The notes beneath the pieces are model-generated. The model made no database searches and was not told the DNA's origin. It worked only from the letters and a program-made list of their open reading frames with translations. DNA of 64,000 nt, taken from Macrostomum lignano (lineage: Eukaryota). Location: positions 238,730-302,729 of the forward strand of contig NIVC01001373.1 in the NCBI GenBank assembly GCA_002269645.1. Direction: 5' to 3'. The position numbers were made by a program, and so were the translations under genes. Positions 62,251-64,000 of this stretch are shown piece after piece. Every line of letters begins with the position of its first letter. Within the stretch, counting starts at the first letter, position 1.

Positions 62251-63748
62251 ATGAGTGCCACCCAGCCCAGCGGAGGCGGCCGCCACCCGCCCTGGGTTCA
62301 CGTGCTCTCCTGCCCAGCCTGCTCTTTCGCCACCCTGGTTGTTGACAAACTCAACCGGCACATTTCCAACTGTCACGGCGGCCAGCAGCTCAGTTACACT
62401 CTGTTTGTGTGCCCTCTGTGCGACGCTTGCAGCACCGACTGCGCCCTGATCGACGAGCACCTCAGCATCTACCATAGCGGCGACTGCGCCACGACTGCGA
62501 CCTCCGCCGCTGCACAGTGGAAGCTCACAGCTGCTCCGCTTGCAGACTCGTATTCAAATCCTTGGCCGCTCTCAGGGGTCACGCCTGTTCGCGGAAGCAA
62601 AATCTGCAACAACAGCCGCCGAACTGTATTGTCGATTTGGAGGTTAGAATGGACCAGTTAGATAAGGCAGCTCACGCCGAGTTTGAGGATGCCGCTGACC
62701 CGCTGATGTCGCGCTTGCTGAACTTGTGGGCATCGACTGGCGCTGATCAGCAGCCTTGTGAGCAGCAGGAGGGGCCATCCGGAGCCCGCCTCACAGCTAC
62801 CCCGGCGGCAGGTCCTGAGCCAGCCGAGGAGGCTCAGGCTGGAGAAGCCGGGCCAGCAGCGCTGTCTAGCGAGGACGCCGCCGCTGGCAACGCCACCCGG
62901 CGCTGCCCGGCCACGCTGCAGTGCGGAACCTGCCCTGGGCGGTTCACCAAACTGCACAGCCTGTTCTACCACCAGCTCCACTTCCACTCCGCCTGTCGCT
63001 GTCCAGTGTGCGAGTGCGTCTTCTTCGACACCCAGGCCGCCGAGAAGCACGTGGCTGAGGAGCATCCCGGCTGTGAAATCTACCGCTGCCCCCGTTGCGT
63101 TCGTCGATTCAGCATGTTGGAAGGCCTTCGTCAGCATTGGAATGATGAGCACAGGTGCGCTTTGAGTTGCACTACTTTTTAAGACACGTACATTCTCTGT
63201 GCAAATAATCTCCGCACTAATATTTCAAATCCTCATCCGACAGTCGCAGCGCATTCAAGTGCCCGTTCTGCAGCCGGCTGTTCCTGCAGGAGCGCTTCCT
63301 CACCCGGCACGTGCGCCTCATGCACCCCTGCCAGCTTGCCAGGCAGCCAAAGCGCTGTCCCCAGTGCCCGCAGGTGCTGGACACCGCCGAGGCCCTCAGG
63401 CGTCACCTGACCGTGGCGCACAACTCCGACCCGATGTCCGGCCGGCTGCGCTGCGGAGTCTGCGGCCGCTACTATAAGAACGAGCGGAGCCTCCGCCAGC
63501 ACCAGGACAGCCACCGGCCTCTGCCAGCCCTTCGCGTGCAGCCTCTGCCCGTACGCCTGCAATACTCGCTACCTGCTGCGCTGCCACATACGGGACAAGC
63601 ACACCGACTTCACCTACGACTGCCGCCTGTGCGGCTCCCGTTTCATGTCGCGCTACCTGCTGCGCCGGCACATGGACCGGGAGCACCAGCTGGCCGATGC
63701 GGCGCCGCGGTCAAGGCAGCCGCCTCACTGCGGAAGAAACGATCGTGA
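62251..63748 (+). CDS. Multi-C2H2 zinc finger protein (~11 fingers), 2 coding exons, interrupted by frameshifts in this sequence
   Basis: CxxC-x12-Hxxx(x)H repeats occur across ORFs 62251-62661, 62517-63182 and 63311-63748, and in the +1 frame at ~63515-63690. The intron is 63155-63243 (AG|GTGCGC...ccgacag|). The stop is either 63748 or 63824, depending on a third frameshift. Confidence 0.8.
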
Positions 63749-64000
63749 TAATAGACCGATGCAATTATTCTGTGGGGGATTCAGTGTGGGGGGGAGGGGC
63801 AGAGGAGCTCTGAAGCTTGGCTAAAAATTGGCTTGGATCTTGTCGTGCCAGAACCAGAACGTCAGGGCCGCTGTACTCGTACATATCTGTATGTCTCTAA
63901 TGGGGATTTTTGTCTTTTAGAAGGTACCAGCAATCAGTGCCCCCCCCCTGTTGAGGAGGCAACAAAGAGTGGAATAAAAATTTTGAATAAACTGCATGTA

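Overview
This is eukaryotic (metazoan) genomic DNA, not prokaryotic. GC-rich coding exons sit among AT-rich introns packed with minisatellites, a style I associate with the flatworm Macrostomum (inference only). I built five protein-coding gene models by hand from GT/GC-AG sites and reading-frame continuity. (1) A FLYWCH zinc-finger gene (-, 1564-2967). (2) A 5-exon VIP36/LMAN2-type L-lectin (-, 8298-11860). (3) A 2-exon type II membrane protein that I do not recognise (+, 14736-16553). (4) A ~37 kb, 21-25-exon tomosyn/STXBP5 gene (-, 21379-58731) with a GC-AG intron, four candidate frame-preserving cassette exons and one or two frameshifts in one exon. (5) A ~11-finger C2H2 gene (+, 62251-~63750) with 2-3 frameshifts. 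Mobile DNA comprises an internally deleted mariner with intact TIRs, a Penelope-like RT fragment, a 110-bp MITE and a second mariner relic. There are about 30 tandem arrays, including a perfect 1.6 kb (GATA)n. I found no rRNA, tRNA or CRISPR. Most long ORFs in the supplied track are repeat artefacts. I see no clear new multi-gene system. The best leads are the orphan membrane protein, the tomosyn cassette exons, the dual-frame zinc-finger tail and the recurrent kappaB-like satellite cores.
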